From Candidatus Nanoarchaeia archaeon (GTDB lineage: Archaea > Nanobdellota > Nanobdellia > SCGC-AAA011-G17 > JAFCDX01): 64,000 nucleotides of DNA. Each line of letters opens with the position of its first letter. Position 1 is the first letter of the stretch. Location of the stretch: positions 187,927 through 251,926 of the forward strand of contig JAQUOT010000001.1 of NCBI GenBank assembly GCA_028716945.1. Reading direction: 5' to 3'. This document shows positions 18,049 through 27,754 of this stretch, piece after piece. A program made the position numbers and the translations under genes. The notes below the pieces were generated by a model. The model was not told the DNA's origin and did not search any database. It saw nothing but the letters and a program-made list of their open reading frames with translations.

Positions 18049-18115
18049 TTTATAAATCTGGCGCGCACCCATCTGCAAGTTGCAATTTGTTAGAATATAT
18101 ATTTTGTGGAATATA
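18049..18115 (-). promoter_or_regulatory. Conserved about 65-bp upstream element of the LAGLIDADG paralogues (TATA box TTTATAAA about 23 nt before the ATG, plus GC-rich palindromic block)
   Basis: tttataaatctggcgcgcacccatctgcaagttgcaatttgttagaatatatatttt is nearly identical at 63404..63460. Contains palindromes GCGCGC and TTGCAA-C-TTGCAA. Confidence 0.4.
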
Positions 18116-18163
18116 GATAGACGCCTTAGAAACCTTTAAATATAATCTAAGATTAATTAAGAT

Positions 18164-18676
18164 ATGCAAAATAAAAAAGGTGCAATTGAACTTTCTATGA
18201 CCACTATTATAGTTATTATTCTTGGAGTCACTTTATTGAGTTTAGGATTAATGTTTATTAAAGGAACATTTGGAAACATAACTGATATTACAGACAAAAC
18301 TTTTGATCAAGCTGATGATATAATAAAAGATTATATGGTAACTGGAACAACCAAAATGTACATTCTTGATTCAAACGTAGCAATGAAAGCAGGAACTATA
18401 AATACAATATATGTGGGTATTAAAAATCAACTAGGAAGAGATGATGAATTTTATTTGAAAGCAAAACCTGCAAATGATAAAAGCGATGTAGGTTGGTTAG
18501 AGCTTGCAACAGAACCACAAACTATAGAAGCTGGAAGTTATGCTACAATTGCTTTTTTCCTTAAAGTTCCTAAAAAAACGATTCCTGGAGAAACATATAT
18601 TTATTCTATAGAATCATATGCAAAGAGTCAAACAAAACCTTATGCTAATCAGCTTTTAACAGTTATAACAGAATAA
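18164..18676 (+). CDS. Archaeal type-IV-pilin-like protein (class III signal peptide)
   Basis: MQNKKGAIELSMTTIIVIILGVTLLSLGL: a K-G/A-I-E-L-S prepilin-peptidase-type site followed by a hydrophobic helix. Confidence 0.4.
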   Translation: MQNKKGAIELSMTTIIVIILGVTLLSLGLMFIKGTFGNITDITDKTFDQADDIIKDYMVTGTTKMYILDSNVAMKAGTINTIYVGIKNQLGRDDEFYLKAKPANDKSDVGWLELATEPQTIEAGSYATIAFFLKVPKKTIPGETYIYSIESYAKSQTKPYANQLLTVITE

Positions 18677-18710
18677 ATAACTTTTTAAATTAAATTTCTT
18701 TCATTTTCTT

Positions 18711-20099
18711 ATGATAAAACTATTCAATACCTTAACAAGAAAAAAAGAAGAGTTTAAACCAATTAAAACTAAAGAAGTGGGAATTTATTCTTGTGGATTA
18801 ACCGTTTATAATTATGGGCATATAGGTAATTTTAGAGCTTTTGTATTTGCAGACTTATTGCATAGATATTTTGAATACAAAGGATTTAAAGTAAAACATA
18901 TTACAAATATAACTGATGTAGATGATAAAACCATTCGTGATTCACAAAAAGAAAAATTATCTTTAAAACAATTTACTTCTAAATATGAAAAAGCTTTTTT
19001 TGAGGATATTAAAACTTTGAATATTAAAGAATCTTTCAAATATCCTAAAGCTACAGAACACATTAAAGAAATGGTTTCTATAATAAAAAAATTATTAGAT
19101 AAAGGTTATGCTTACAAAACAGATGATGGAATTTATTTTAAAATTTCTAAAGATAAAGAATATGGTAAATTAGCTCATTTAAAATTTGCTGATTTAGAAG
19201 CAGGAGCATCTGAAAGAGTAACAAAAGACGAATATGATAAAGAAAATGTACAAGACTTTTGTTTATGGAAATTTTATGATAAATTAGATGGAGATGTTTT
19301 CTGGGATACAGAAATTGGAAAAGGAAGACCTGGATGGCATATAGAATGTTCTGCAATGTCAATGAAATATCTAGGAGAAACCTTTGATATTCATACTGGT
19401 GGAATTGATTTAATATTTCCTCATCATGAAAATGAAATTGCTCAATCAGAATGTGCAACAGGGAAAAAATTTGTAAATTATTGGTTGCATAATGAATTTA
19501 TTTTAGTTGATGGTAAAAAAATGTCTAAATCTCTGGGTAATTTTTATACTTATAGAGATGTTCTTGCAAAAGGGTATTCTGGAATGGAAATAAGATATTC
19601 CTTATTAAGCACACATTATAGAATCCCATTTAATTTTACTTTTGAGGGGCTTGATTCTGCTAGAAACTCGCTAAAAAGACTTAATGAATTTGTAAATAGA
19701 TTAAATTTTGTAAAATCAGACAAAGATAGCAAAAAAGTTTCTGATTTAATTAAAAACGTTAAAAAAGAATTTGAAGAATCCTTAGATGATGATTTAAATA
19801 TTGCAAATGCTCTTGCTTCAATCTTTGGTTTTATCAGTGAGATAAATAAATTAAAAATAAGTAAAAAAGAAGCAAAAGAAATATTAAAAACATTAAATGA
19901 ATTTGATCAAGTTCTTGGTTTAAACTTAATTTCAAAAAAAGAATCTATTCCAAAAGAAATAAAAGAATTAATGGATAAAAGAGAAAAATATAGAAAAGAA
20001 AAAGACTGGAAAAAGGCCGATGAAATTAGAGATAAATTAAAAGAAAAAGGATTTGTTCTTGAAGATACTAAAGAAGGAATTATTTGGAAAAAAGCTTAA
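18711..20099 (+). CDS. cysS: Cysteinyl-tRNA synthetase
   Basis: GLTVYNYGHIGNFRAF (HIGH), zinc-binding C...C...H...E, KMSKSLGN. Confidence 0.85.
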   Translation: MIKLFNTLTRKKEEFKPIKTKEVGIYSCGLTVYNYGHIGNFRAFVFADLLHRYFEYKGFKVKHITNITDVDDKTIRDSQKEKLSLKQFTSKYEKAFFEDIKTLNIKESFKYPKATEHIKEMVSIIKKLLDKGYAYKTDDGIYFKISKDKEYGKLAHLKFADLEAGASERVTKDEYDKENVQDFCLWKFYDKLDGDVFWDTEIGKGRPGWHIECSAMSMKYLGETFDIHTGGIDLIFPHHENEIAQSECATGKKFVNYWLHNEFILVDGKKMSKSLGNFYTYRDVLAKGYSGMEIRYSLLSTHYRIPFNFTFEGLDSARNSLKRLNEFVNRLNFVKSDKDSKKVSDLIKNVKKEFEESLDDDLNIANALASIFGFISEINKLKISKKEAKEILKTLNEFDQVLGLNLISKKESIPKEIKELMDKREKYRKEKDWKKADEIRDKLKEKGFVLEDTKEGIIWKKA

Positions 20100-21598
20100 A
20101 ATTTATCATCATAAGGCACTAGTTCTATTTTACTTATCTCATCTACATGTTTTTTAGCTTTATCTAGTATTTGTTTAAACATATTTTCATAAGAAACTAT
20201 TTTTCCATCTAATTTTAATTTATAATTATGGAGTTCTGATTGTAGATTAATTTTGTCTCTGTTCAATTCTTGACAAACACCTGTTCTAGGTTTAAATTCT
20301 AAAGGTTTATCAAAAAATTTGTATAAATATTGTACTGCTCCAAAATAATCATCAGGAGATTCTCCAACAGTAATTTCATCCACTCTATTCATAAAATTAT
20401 TAAAATGACTTAATAATTGGTAAAAAGCATCTTGATGTATCCCTGTATATAGTTTTCCTGTAGGAACATCTAATTTTAAGTCCCATTTTTTAGTAAAAGA
20501 TAAAAAAAGTTCTTCAATAGTTTTTGGTGAATCTTGTTTTTTAGTTCCTTCTACTTCTGAAGCAGGTAATCCTTTTATTAATTCATAAAAAGTTTTTACG
20601 CTTTCCAAATTTTGGTAATTTAATAAATTATTTTTTAATTCTGGAATTAAATTTCTTTTTTTAACACCTTTGATATTAAATCTTTCTATTAATTCAGATA
20701 ATTCATTTTTATAATAATCTTCTGTTATATCTTTTTTAATAAATTTTTGTATTAAAGGACTTAATTCCATATCGAGAACTACTTCTAAAGTAGCTTGATC
20801 TTTTATTATATCTTGTAGAGAACGTGAAACAAATCCGTCTATATTTTCTAGAACATAACTAAGTGTCCATATTCTTAACTTTTTTAATTTATGATAATTT
20901 TTTTCTAAATTTTGTTTTAGATTATTCTGTAATCTTTGCTTTACTGAAAATTGTATTCCTACACCAAAATCTATTTTATCAACAACTTCTTTATAATTAT
21001 TTATTATAGCTTCTAATGTTTCAAAGGTACTCCCTAAAATAGTTTCTCTTTCTCCATATTCATGATTAGGATGATAATTATCAAAAGATTTTATATAAAC
21101 TTCTAAGGATTTTAAAAATTGAACATTATCAAATACAAATAAGTCTACAGGATCAATTATAGATTGTTCATCATTAATCATAAAAGTATGAATCTGTTTA
21201 ACAAATTTTAATGATTTAAGTTTGTTTAACCCAGTGGAAACTTCTTGAACCGGACGATGAAGAATGTCTGCTATTCCTTCTAAAGTTTCTCCTTTCTTAA
21301 TTAAAGACATTAATGAAATATAAAAAGGATCTTTTAGAATTTCTTCGTTAGATTGATTAATTTGTTTCAAATCTACTTCCCATTGGTCTGCTTGTTTAGA
21401 TATAGAACGTTCAGTATAAGATTGATAAAGGTTATTTAACCAAGGTAAATTATCTATTAAATTTGAAGTAGAATTTCCTTTAAGTGAAGCTATTTGTTCT
21501 GAATCTGTTTGAGTTGAAATTGGTTTTCCTAGAGCTAAAGCTAATTTTTCCAATTCTGCTTGCATTTCTTGATCTAACTTTTCTACCATTTTTATCAC
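20096..21598 (-). CDS. Hypothetical cytoplasmic protein (500 aa)
   Basis: Long ORF with typical local codon usage. No motif recognised. Confidence 0.35.
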   Translation of the reverse strand: MIKMVEKLDQEMQAELEKLALALGKPISTQTDSEQIASLKGNSTSNLIDNLPWLNNLYQSYTERSISKQADQWEVDLKQINQSNEEILKDPFYISLMSLIKKGETLEGIADILHRPVQEVSTGLNKLKSLKFVKQIHTFMINDEQSIIDPVDLFVFDNVQFLKSLEVYIKSFDNYHPNHEYGERETILGSTFETLEAIINNYKEVVDKIDFGVGIQFSVKQRLQNNLKQNLEKNYHKLKKLRIWTLSYVLENIDGFVSRSLQDIIKDQATLEVVLDMELSPLIQKFIKKDITEDYYKNELSELIERFNIKGVKKRNLIPELKNNLLNYQNLESVKTFYELIKGLPASEVEGTKKQDSPKTIEELFLSFTKKWDLKLDVPTGKLYTGIHQDAFYQLLSHFNNFMNRVDEITVGESPDDYFGAVQYLYKFFDKPLEFKPRTGVCQELNRDKINLQSELHNYKLKLDGKIVSYENMFKQILDKAKKHVDEISKIELVPYDDKF

Positions 21599-21679
21599 TA
21601 TATAATAGATACGCTATTTAAAAACTTTTCGATATTAAAAAATAAAAAAGAAATTTATTTATTGTTGCCCTGCTTGGGT

Positions 21680-22528
21680 TTATTGCTGATTTTGTTCTTG
21701 TATTTCTGTGTTTTCACCAGAATTTTCTTCTTGGTTTTCAACTTCGGCAGTTACTTGTTCTCCAGCAGCAGTTTGATTTCTCAATCTTTCTTGTTCTCTT
21801 TCTTGGATTGGTTCTTCAGTAGCAGCTTCGTCTCTTAATCTTTTTTGTTCTTTAGTTTCTTTCATTACTTTATTGGCTACTCTTTCTTGTTTAACTTCGC
21901 TCATATTGTTGTATCTTTCTTCTGCTGCCCTAAGTCTAGTCAAAGTCTTGTCAATACCTGGAGATGTAACATTTTTAGCTTGTAATTTTTGTTGAATTAT
22001 ATCCAGAACAGTAATATGCTTTTGCAAATTATATTCTAATCTTTCAGATTTAGTTACATTTTCTTTCGCAAATTGTTCTTTTAATTCAGAAAGTTCTTGG
22101 ACAAGTTGAGCATGAAATCCTTCAGCTTTTGCTAAAGATTTCAAATCTCCTTTCTTAGCCATTTCTTTCATTTCTGACAATCTTCTTTGAGCAAACTGTA
22201 ATTTCTTTTCTGCTTGCTTTTCTTTACTTATTGTCATCCACAAGCTTATTTTTTCTGCAAATCTTTTCCAACCATAAGCAACTGGCTGATCTGGTGTTGC
22301 TCCTACATTTTCTGTTTCGTTTGTAGTAGCATCATCTATGGATTCAGTTAATTCAGTTGTCTCACTAGGAGTTAGATTTTCAGAATCTGTTGAAATTTCA
22401 GTAATTTCTGGTGTAACAGTTTCTTCGTTTGTTCCAACAACATTTTCAGTAGTATCTTCTGCAAGAACTACGTTTAATGTTACTAAAACTAACAAAAGTG
22501 TTACAAAAATACTAAATATTTTTTTCAT
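21680..22528 (-). CDS. Secreted acidic coiled-coil protein (hypothetical)
   Basis: Signal peptide MKKIFSIFVTLLLVLVTLNVVLA, an acidic low-complexity region, then K/E-rich heptad-like segments. Confidence 0.35.
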   Translation of the reverse strand: MKKIFSIFVTLLLVLVTLNVVLAEDTTENVVGTNEETVTPEITEISTDSENLTPSETTELTESIDDATTNETENVGATPDQPVAYGWKRFAEKISLWMTISKEKQAEKKLQFAQRRLSEMKEMAKKGDLKSLAKAEGFHAQLVQELSELKEQFAKENVTKSERLEYNLQKHITVLDIIQQKLQAKNVTSPGIDKTLTRLRAAEERYNNMSEVKQERVANKVMKETKEQKRLRDEAATEEPIQEREQERLRNQTAAGEQVTAEVENQEENSGENTEIQEQNQQ

Positions 22529-22607
22529 TTATTGCCTCCATCAAAATTTTTATTAATATTAGATTAATAAGATTATATATAAAGAAACTTTATTTGTAAA
22601 AAATTTA

Positions 22608-22684
22608 AAGCTTTACGAAGCTTCTTAACACTATTTGGAACTCATTTTAAGCTTCTTTTTATTAAAGAAAATTATATAAAGCTT
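22608..22684 (+). promoter_or_regulatory. Four AAGCTT palindromic hexamers (22608, 22618, 22649, 22679) around the TATA box upstream of 22702..23343
   Basis: By rough count the hexamer is expected well under once in 150 bp at this base composition. The last copy abuts the TATA-like ttatataaa. Confidence 0.35.
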
Positions 22685-22701
22685 TAATAGTTGTAGCTAC
22701 A

Positions 22702-23343
22702 ATGAAAAATATTGGTATAATTCTTACTTTATTAGGAATATTTTTAATTAGTTTAATCTCAGTTAATGCAATTACAGCAACAATACAAGGAAGTGTATAT
22801 GATCTAACTTTAGATAAAGTAAATAATGTAATTCTTGAAATTAATACTATTCCTGAACAAACTTATGTTGCAAAAATAGGAGATTATTCTTTTGAAAGCA
22901 TTCCTGTTGGAGATTATGTTATAAAAGCTTACACCCAAGATAGATCCTTAATAACTACTGAAAATATTACTATAAACCAAGAAGGAACTTACACTATAGA
23001 TTTATTTTTAATACCTGAATTCGAAGAAAAAGAAACCAAATCTACAAATTATCTTTATTATATAATCCCTTTTATATTAATCTTAATTTTAATAGCAATC
23101 ATTTACAAAAGATTAAAAATACCTAAAAAAGTAGAGCTAAAAATTGAAGGGGTAAAAGATGATCTTGAAAAAGTAATTGAAATAATCAAAAAAGAAGGTG
23201 GAAGAACTACTCAAAAGGATATTAGGGAAAAGATAGGCTTGTCTGAAGCCAAGGTAAGCTTAATGATAGTAGAACTAGAAGATAAAGGTATTATAAAAAA
23301 GATTAAAAAAGGAAGAGGCAATATCATCATTTTAAACAAATAA
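22702..23343 (+). CDS. Membrane-tethered winged-helix regulator (extracellular beta-sandwich domain, one TM, cytoplasmic MarR/ArsR-like wHTH)
   Basis: Signal peptide; beta-rich ectodomain; TM helix YLYYIIPFILILILIAIIY; C-terminal ...GRTTQKDIREKIGLSEAKVSLMIVELEDKGIIKK... Confidence 0.4.
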   Translation: MKNIGIILTLLGIFLISLISVNAITATIQGSVYDLTLDKVNNVILEINTIPEQTYVAKIGDYSFESIPVGDYVIKAYTQDRSLITTENITINQEGTYTIDLFLIPEFEEKETKSTNYLYYIIPFILILILIAIIYKRLKIPKKVELKIEGVKDDLEKVIEIIKKEGGRTTQKDIREKIGLSEAKVSLMIVELEDKGIIKKIKKGRGNIIILNK

Positions 23344-23380
23344 AAACCTTTTTAAAGGGGTTATATCTTTCTAAATTAAT

Positions 23381-23794
23381 ATGTCAATCTACAATAAAGA
23401 TACAAATAAGTTGATAGAGAAAGCAGCAGAAGAGCTAAAAAATATTCCAGAAATTAAAGCTCCAATCTGGGCTCCATTTGTTAAAACCTGTGCTGGAAAG
23501 CAAAGGCCTCCTGCAAAGAAAGATTGGTGGTATCATAGAACAGCTTCATTATTAAGAAAATTATATATTGCTCAAGGTCCAATTGGTGTTTCTAAATTAA
23601 GAAAAAAATATGGGCATAGAAAACACAGAGGTTTTAGACCAGAAAAAGCATATACTGGTTCGGGAAATGTTATAAGAAAAATATTACAACAATTAGATAA
23701 AGCAGGATTCTCAAAACAAGTTGAAAAAGGAGTTCATAAAGGAAGAATAATTACTCCAAAAGGAAAATCTTTCTTGGATAAATTAGCAAAGTAA
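23381..23794 (+). CDS. rps19e: Ribosomal protein eS19
   Basis: ...FVKTCAGKQRPP...WWYHRTASLLRKLY... is characteristic of S19e. Confidence 0.75.
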   Translation: MSIYNKDTNKLIEKAAEELKNIPEIKAPIWAPFVKTCAGKQRPPAKKDWWYHRTASLLRKLYIAQGPIGVSKLRKKYGHRKHRGFRPEKAYTGSGNVIRKILQQLDKAGFSKQVEKGVHKGRIITPKGKSFLDKLAK

Positions 23795-23795
23795 A

Positions 23796-23963
23796 ATGGT
23801 AAAAAGATTAATACAAAAATTAAGATTAGGAAAAAGATTAGCTCAAACAAAGTGGGCTCCATTCTGGACTATTCCAAAGAAATATGGAAAAGGTCGTAGA
23901 GTACATCCTTCAAGACATACTGAAATTAAAAGATCCTGGAGAAGAACCAAATTAAAAGTATAA
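23796..23963 (+). CDS. rpl39e: Ribosomal protein eL39
   Basis: 55-aa ORF not in the track: MVKRLIQKLRLGKRLAQTKWAPFWTIPKKYGKGRRVHPSRHTEIKRSWRRTKLKV. Confidence 0.6.
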   Translation: MVKRLIQKLRLGKRLAQTKWAPFWTIPKKYGKGRRVHPSRHTEIKRSWRRTKLKV

Positions 23964-23964
23964 A

Positions 23965-24489
23965 ATGGCAGACTTAGAAAGAAATTATGTTATACCTCTT
24001 AGAAAAGGTTTTTTAAAAGTACCAATTTACAAAAGAACTAAAAGAGCAATTTCTGAAGTAAGAAAATTCATTATAAGACATATGAAAGTTGAAGAAGTTA
24101 AAATCTGTGCTAATTTAAATCATTTCTTATGGGCAAAAGGTTGTACAAATCCTCCTACCAGAATTAAAATTAAAACAAGAAAAGAAGGAACTTATGCTTT
24201 AGTAGAATTACAAGATTATGATTTCCCTAAGAAAAAAGAAGAAGTTAAAGAAACTAAAATTGAAAAAGCTCTAAATGATAAAGACGTAGAAGGTAAAAAA
24301 GAAGAGAAATTATTAAAGAATGAACCTGAAAAGAAAGAAAATCTTGCTCCTGGTCCTGAGAAAAAAGAAGAATTAAAAACAAAACAGATAGAAGAAAGAT
24401 TAAAAAAAGAAAAAATTGTTAATAAATCACAAAAAAGAATGATTAAACACGAAAAACAGAACAAATCATTTATTAAAACAAGTCATTAA
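23965..24489 (+). CDS. rpl31e: Ribosomal protein eL31 with K/E-rich C-terminal extension
   Basis: ...NYVIPLRKGF...RTKRAISEVRKFIIRHMK... is L31e-like. The last about 90 aa are lysine/glutamate-rich. Confidence 0.65.
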   Translation: MADLERNYVIPLRKGFLKVPIYKRTKRAISEVRKFIIRHMKVEEVKICANLNHFLWAKGCTNPPTRIKIKTRKEGTYALVELQDYDFPKKKEEVKETKIEKALNDKDVEGKKEEKLLKNEPEKKENLAPGPEKKEELKTKQIEERLKKEKIVNKSQKRMIKHEKQNKSFIKTSH

Positions 24490-24520
24490 TTTTTATATTC
24501 ATAACTTATCTTTCACAAAT

Positions 24521-25513
24521 ATGAATAAATTGCCTTTTGAAGAAATTAAAAGAACTATTCTAATTAAGAAAGAAGCTAAAACTTCTGATAAATATGGAAG
24601 TTCTCCTGAAAATAGAACTATTCAAGAATTGTTTGATAAAGGAGTTATTTGTTTAAACAAACCTTCAGGACCTACAAGTCATCAAACAGTAGATTATCTA
24701 AAAAGAATTTTAAATACAAAAAAAGCAGGACATGGAGGAACTTTAGATCCAGGAGTTTCTGGAGTTTTACCAATTGCTTTAAACGAGGCAACAAGAATAT
24801 TACAAATTTTATTAAAAGGTGGAAAAGAATATGTTGCTTTAATGCATTTACATAAAGATATTCCTGAAAAAGAAATAAGAACTTCTGTAGAAAAAACCGT
24901 AGGAAAAATAAATCAGCTTCCTCCTGTAAGATCTGCAGTAAAAAGACAATTAAGACAAAGAGAAATTTATTATTTAGAAATTTTAGAAATAAAAGACCAG
25001 GATGTTTTATTCAAAGTAGGTTGTGAAGGAGGAACTTATATAAGAAAATTAATTGTTGATTGGGGTAAAATTTTAAAAACAAATGCACACATGGTAGAAT
25101 TAGTAAGGACTAAAGCAGGACCTTTTAATGAAAATGAATGGTATTCTTTACAAGACATACAAGATGCTTATACAGAATTTATAGAAAATAAAAATGATTC
25201 TTTATTAAAAAAAATAATAAAACCTGTTGAATTTACTATTTCTTTCTTGCCAAAAATTTGGGTTTTTGATTCTGCAATAGATAGTTTATGTCATGGAGCT
25301 AATTTAAATGTTCCAGGAATTTCTAAATTAGAATCAGATATTAAAGAAAACGATTTAGTTGCTGTTCTAAGTCTAAAAGATGAGTTAATATGCCTTGGAC
25401 AGGCTAAAATGACTTCTGAAGACATTTTAAAGAAAAGTAAAGGATTAGTTATAGAAACAAACAAAGTTTTTATGAAAATAGATACTTATAAAAAAGACGA
25501 TAGTCTTGAATAA
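24521..25513 (+). CDS. cbf5: tRNA/rRNA pseudouridine synthase Cbf5 (TruB family with PUA domain)
   Basis: ...PSGPTSHQTVDYLKRIL...KAGHGGTLDPGVSGVLPIAL... (TruB catalytic Asp motif). Confidence 0.8.
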   Translation: MNKLPFEEIKRTILIKKEAKTSDKYGSSPENRTIQELFDKGVICLNKPSGPTSHQTVDYLKRILNTKKAGHGGTLDPGVSGVLPIALNEATRILQILLKGGKEYVALMHLHKDIPEKEIRTSVEKTVGKINQLPPVRSAVKRQLRQREIYYLEILEIKDQDVLFKVGCEGGTYIRKLIVDWGKILKTNAHMVELVRTKAGPFNENEWYSLQDIQDAYTEFIENKNDSLLKKIIKPVEFTISFLPKIWVFDSAIDSLCHGANLNVPGISKLESDIKENDLVAVLSLKDELICLGQAKMTSEDILKKSKGLVIETNKVFMKIDTYKKDDSLE

Positions 25514-25808
25514 AAACATGTTAAATAACATTTTATTTATGAGCAGAGTAAAGATTACTATAGAAGGTTCTGTACAAGGAGTTTTCTTCAGATATTTTAT
25601 GAAAAACCATGCAACTGCTTTAGGTTTAACAGGATATGTTAGAAATTTAAATAATAAAGTTGAAGCTGTTTTAGAAGGAAATACTGATAAAATAAAACAT
25701 TTAATTGAATTATGTAAAAAGGGACCAATTAGTGCTAAAGTAACTAAAATGGATATTAAAGACGAAATGTATAGAGGAGAATTCAGAAGTTTTAGAATTA
25801 TATATTAA
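25506..25808 (+). CDS. acyP: Acylphosphatase
   Basis: ...VQGVFFRYFMKNHATALGLTGYVRNLNNKVEAVLEG... is the acylphosphatase signature. The true start may be the internal Met (MSRVKI...). Confidence 0.6.
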   Translation: MNKNMLNNILFMSRVKITIEGSVQGVFFRYFMKNHATALGLTGYVRNLNNKVEAVLEGNTDKIKHLIELCKKGPISAKVTKMDIKDEMYRGEFRSFRIIY

Positions 25809-25844
25809 AAAACTATTTAAACTAAATTAATTTGCTAATTCTAT

Positions 25845-27410
25845 ATGGCAAAAGAAATTCATTGGGCAGATTTAGCAGCAGAAAACTTAATTAAAATAAA
25901 AAATAAAGAAAGTTATGTCTGTGCATCCGGAATAACTCCTTCAGGAACCGTTCATTTCGGAAATTTTAGAGAAGTAATTACAACTGCTTTGATTATTAAA
26001 GCTTTAGAAGATAAAAGTAAAAAAGCTAAGTTCATTTATTCTTGGGATGATTATGATGTTTTTAGAAAAATCCCTAAAAATATGCCTAATCAAGAAATAC
26101 TACAAAAATATCTTAGACAACCTATAATAGATATTCCTGATACTTTTGGTTGTCATAAAAATTATGCTGAACATAATGAAAAAAAATTTGAAAATGATTT
26201 GCCTTTAGTAGGTATAAAACCTAAATTCATAAGCCAAGCTAAAATGTATAGAGAATGCAAATATGCTGAAGAAATTAAAACAGCTATGATTAACAGAAAA
26301 AAGATTGTTGTTATTTTAAATAAATACAGAGAAGAACCTTTAGAAGAAAATTGGTATCCTTTATCAATCTATTGCGAAAAATGTAATACTGATGACACAC
26401 AAATTACAGATTATGATGAAAAATATTCTGTTTCTTATGTTTGCAATGCTTGTAAATTTAAAGATACTTTTGATTTTAGGAAAAAAGGTATATCTAAATT
26501 AAGTTGGAGAGCAGATTGGCCAATGCGTTGGTATTATGAAAATGTTGACTTCGAACCTGGAGGAAAAGATCATTCTGTAGCAGGAGGTTCTTATTCAACT
26601 GCAAAAGAAATAGTAAAAGAAGTATGGAAAAAAGAAGCCCCATTTTATGTAATGTATGATTTTATAGGAATAAAAGGTATTGGAGGAAAAGTATCCAGTT
26701 CAAAAGGAAATGTAATAACCTTAGGTGAAGTCCTAGAGATATATGAACCGGAAATTACAAGATGGATATTTGCAGCATCAAGACCAAATGCAGAATTCTC
26801 CATATCTTTTGATTTAGATATCTTAAATGATTATGAAACTTTTGATAAATGCGAAAGAACTTATTTTGGAGAAGAAAAAATTGAAAATGAAGATAGACTA
26901 CAAAAAGAAAAAAGAATTTATGAATTATCCTGCATGGAAATTCCAAAGAAATTACCAATACAACCTTCATTCAGGCACTTAACAAATTTATTACAAATAC
27001 ACAATATGAATGAAAAAGAAGTTATAAAATCCTTTGAAAATGAAGTAAAAAATGAATTCGATAAAAAAAGAGTAAAAAACAGAACAATTTGTGCTAAAAA
27101 TTGGTTAGAAAAGTATGCTCCAGAAGAACTTAAATTTAAAGTCCAAGAAAATATTAATATAAAATTAGATAAGAAACAAAAAGATATTATAAAATCTTTA
27201 ATAAAAGTTTTAGAAAAGAAAAAATACAAAGAGCAGGATTTATTCAATGAATTTTATACTATAATCAATGAAAACAAAATAAAACCAGATGAATTTTTTA
27301 AATTAACTTATAATATTTTAATTAACAAAGAACGTGGTCCAAAACTAGCAACTTTAATCTTAGCAATAGGTCAAGAAAAAATCATTAACTTGCTTAAAAA
27401 GGTTTCTTAA
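25845..27410 (+). CDS. lysK: Lysyl-tRNA synthetase, class I (archaeal LysK)
   Basis: ...SGITPSGTVHFGNFRE... (HIGH-like) and ...KVSSSKGN... (KMSKS-like), which is class-I LysRS architecture. Confidence 0.8.
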   Translation: MAKEIHWADLAAENLIKIKNKESYVCASGITPSGTVHFGNFREVITTALIIKALEDKSKKAKFIYSWDDYDVFRKIPKNMPNQEILQKYLRQPIIDIPDTFGCHKNYAEHNEKKFENDLPLVGIKPKFISQAKMYRECKYAEEIKTAMINRKKIVVILNKYREEPLEENWYPLSIYCEKCNTDDTQITDYDEKYSVSYVCNACKFKDTFDFRKKGISKLSWRADWPMRWYYENVDFEPGGKDHSVAGGSYSTAKEIVKEVWKKEAPFYVMYDFIGIKGIGGKVSSSKGNVITLGEVLEIYEPEITRWIFAASRPNAEFSISFDLDILNDYETFDKCERTYFGEEKIENEDRLQKEKRIYELSCMEIPKKLPIQPSFRHLTNLLQIHNMNEKEVIKSFENEVKNEFDKKRVKNRTICAKNWLEKYAPEELKFKVQENINIKLDKKQKDIIKSLIKVLEKKKYKEQDLFNEFYTIINENKIKPDEFFKLTYNILINKERGPKLATLILAIGQEKIINLLKKVS

Positions 27411-27507
27411 GAATTTTAGTTGCAAAAGCTTTATAAATACTAAAAATCATTTAAACAGTAAATTAAGCCATTTAAAGGCAAAAAAACATAATAGGGAGGT
27501 AGAAAGA

Positions 27508-27678
27508 TGTCAGAATTACTTGTTGTTAGAGCAAAATTAAAAGATTACTGTAAAGGCATGAATGTTTCTGGAGAATTAGGAGAAGCATTAAGCAAGAAAG
27601 TTGAAAAAGTATTAGCTGATGCAGTAGAAAGAGCACAAGCTAATAAAAGAAAGACCGTAATGCCTTATGATTTATAAA
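27508..27678 (+). CDS. Small basic protein (56 aa), hypothetical
   Basis: ATG preceded by a Shine-Dalgarno-like gggaggtagaaag. MSELLVVRAKLKDYCKGMNVSGELGEALSKKVEKVLADAVERAQANKRKTVMPYDL. Not in the ORF track because it is under 60 aa. Confidence 0.3.
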
Positions 27679-27754
27679 TAATTTTTTGTTTTATTTTTTT
27701 ATTCTTTTTTTCATTAATCAAAAGATATAAATAGTTCTATAATTTTTATAAATT

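Noticed and set aside
18027-18068. Upstream extension of LAGLIDADG copy 1 (MRARFINQIRFLLI, from an alternative GTG start)
   Set aside because: The same nucleotide block upstream of copy 2 is interrupted by stop codons. It is a conserved non-coding element containing the TATA box. The real start is MKFDLSDI.
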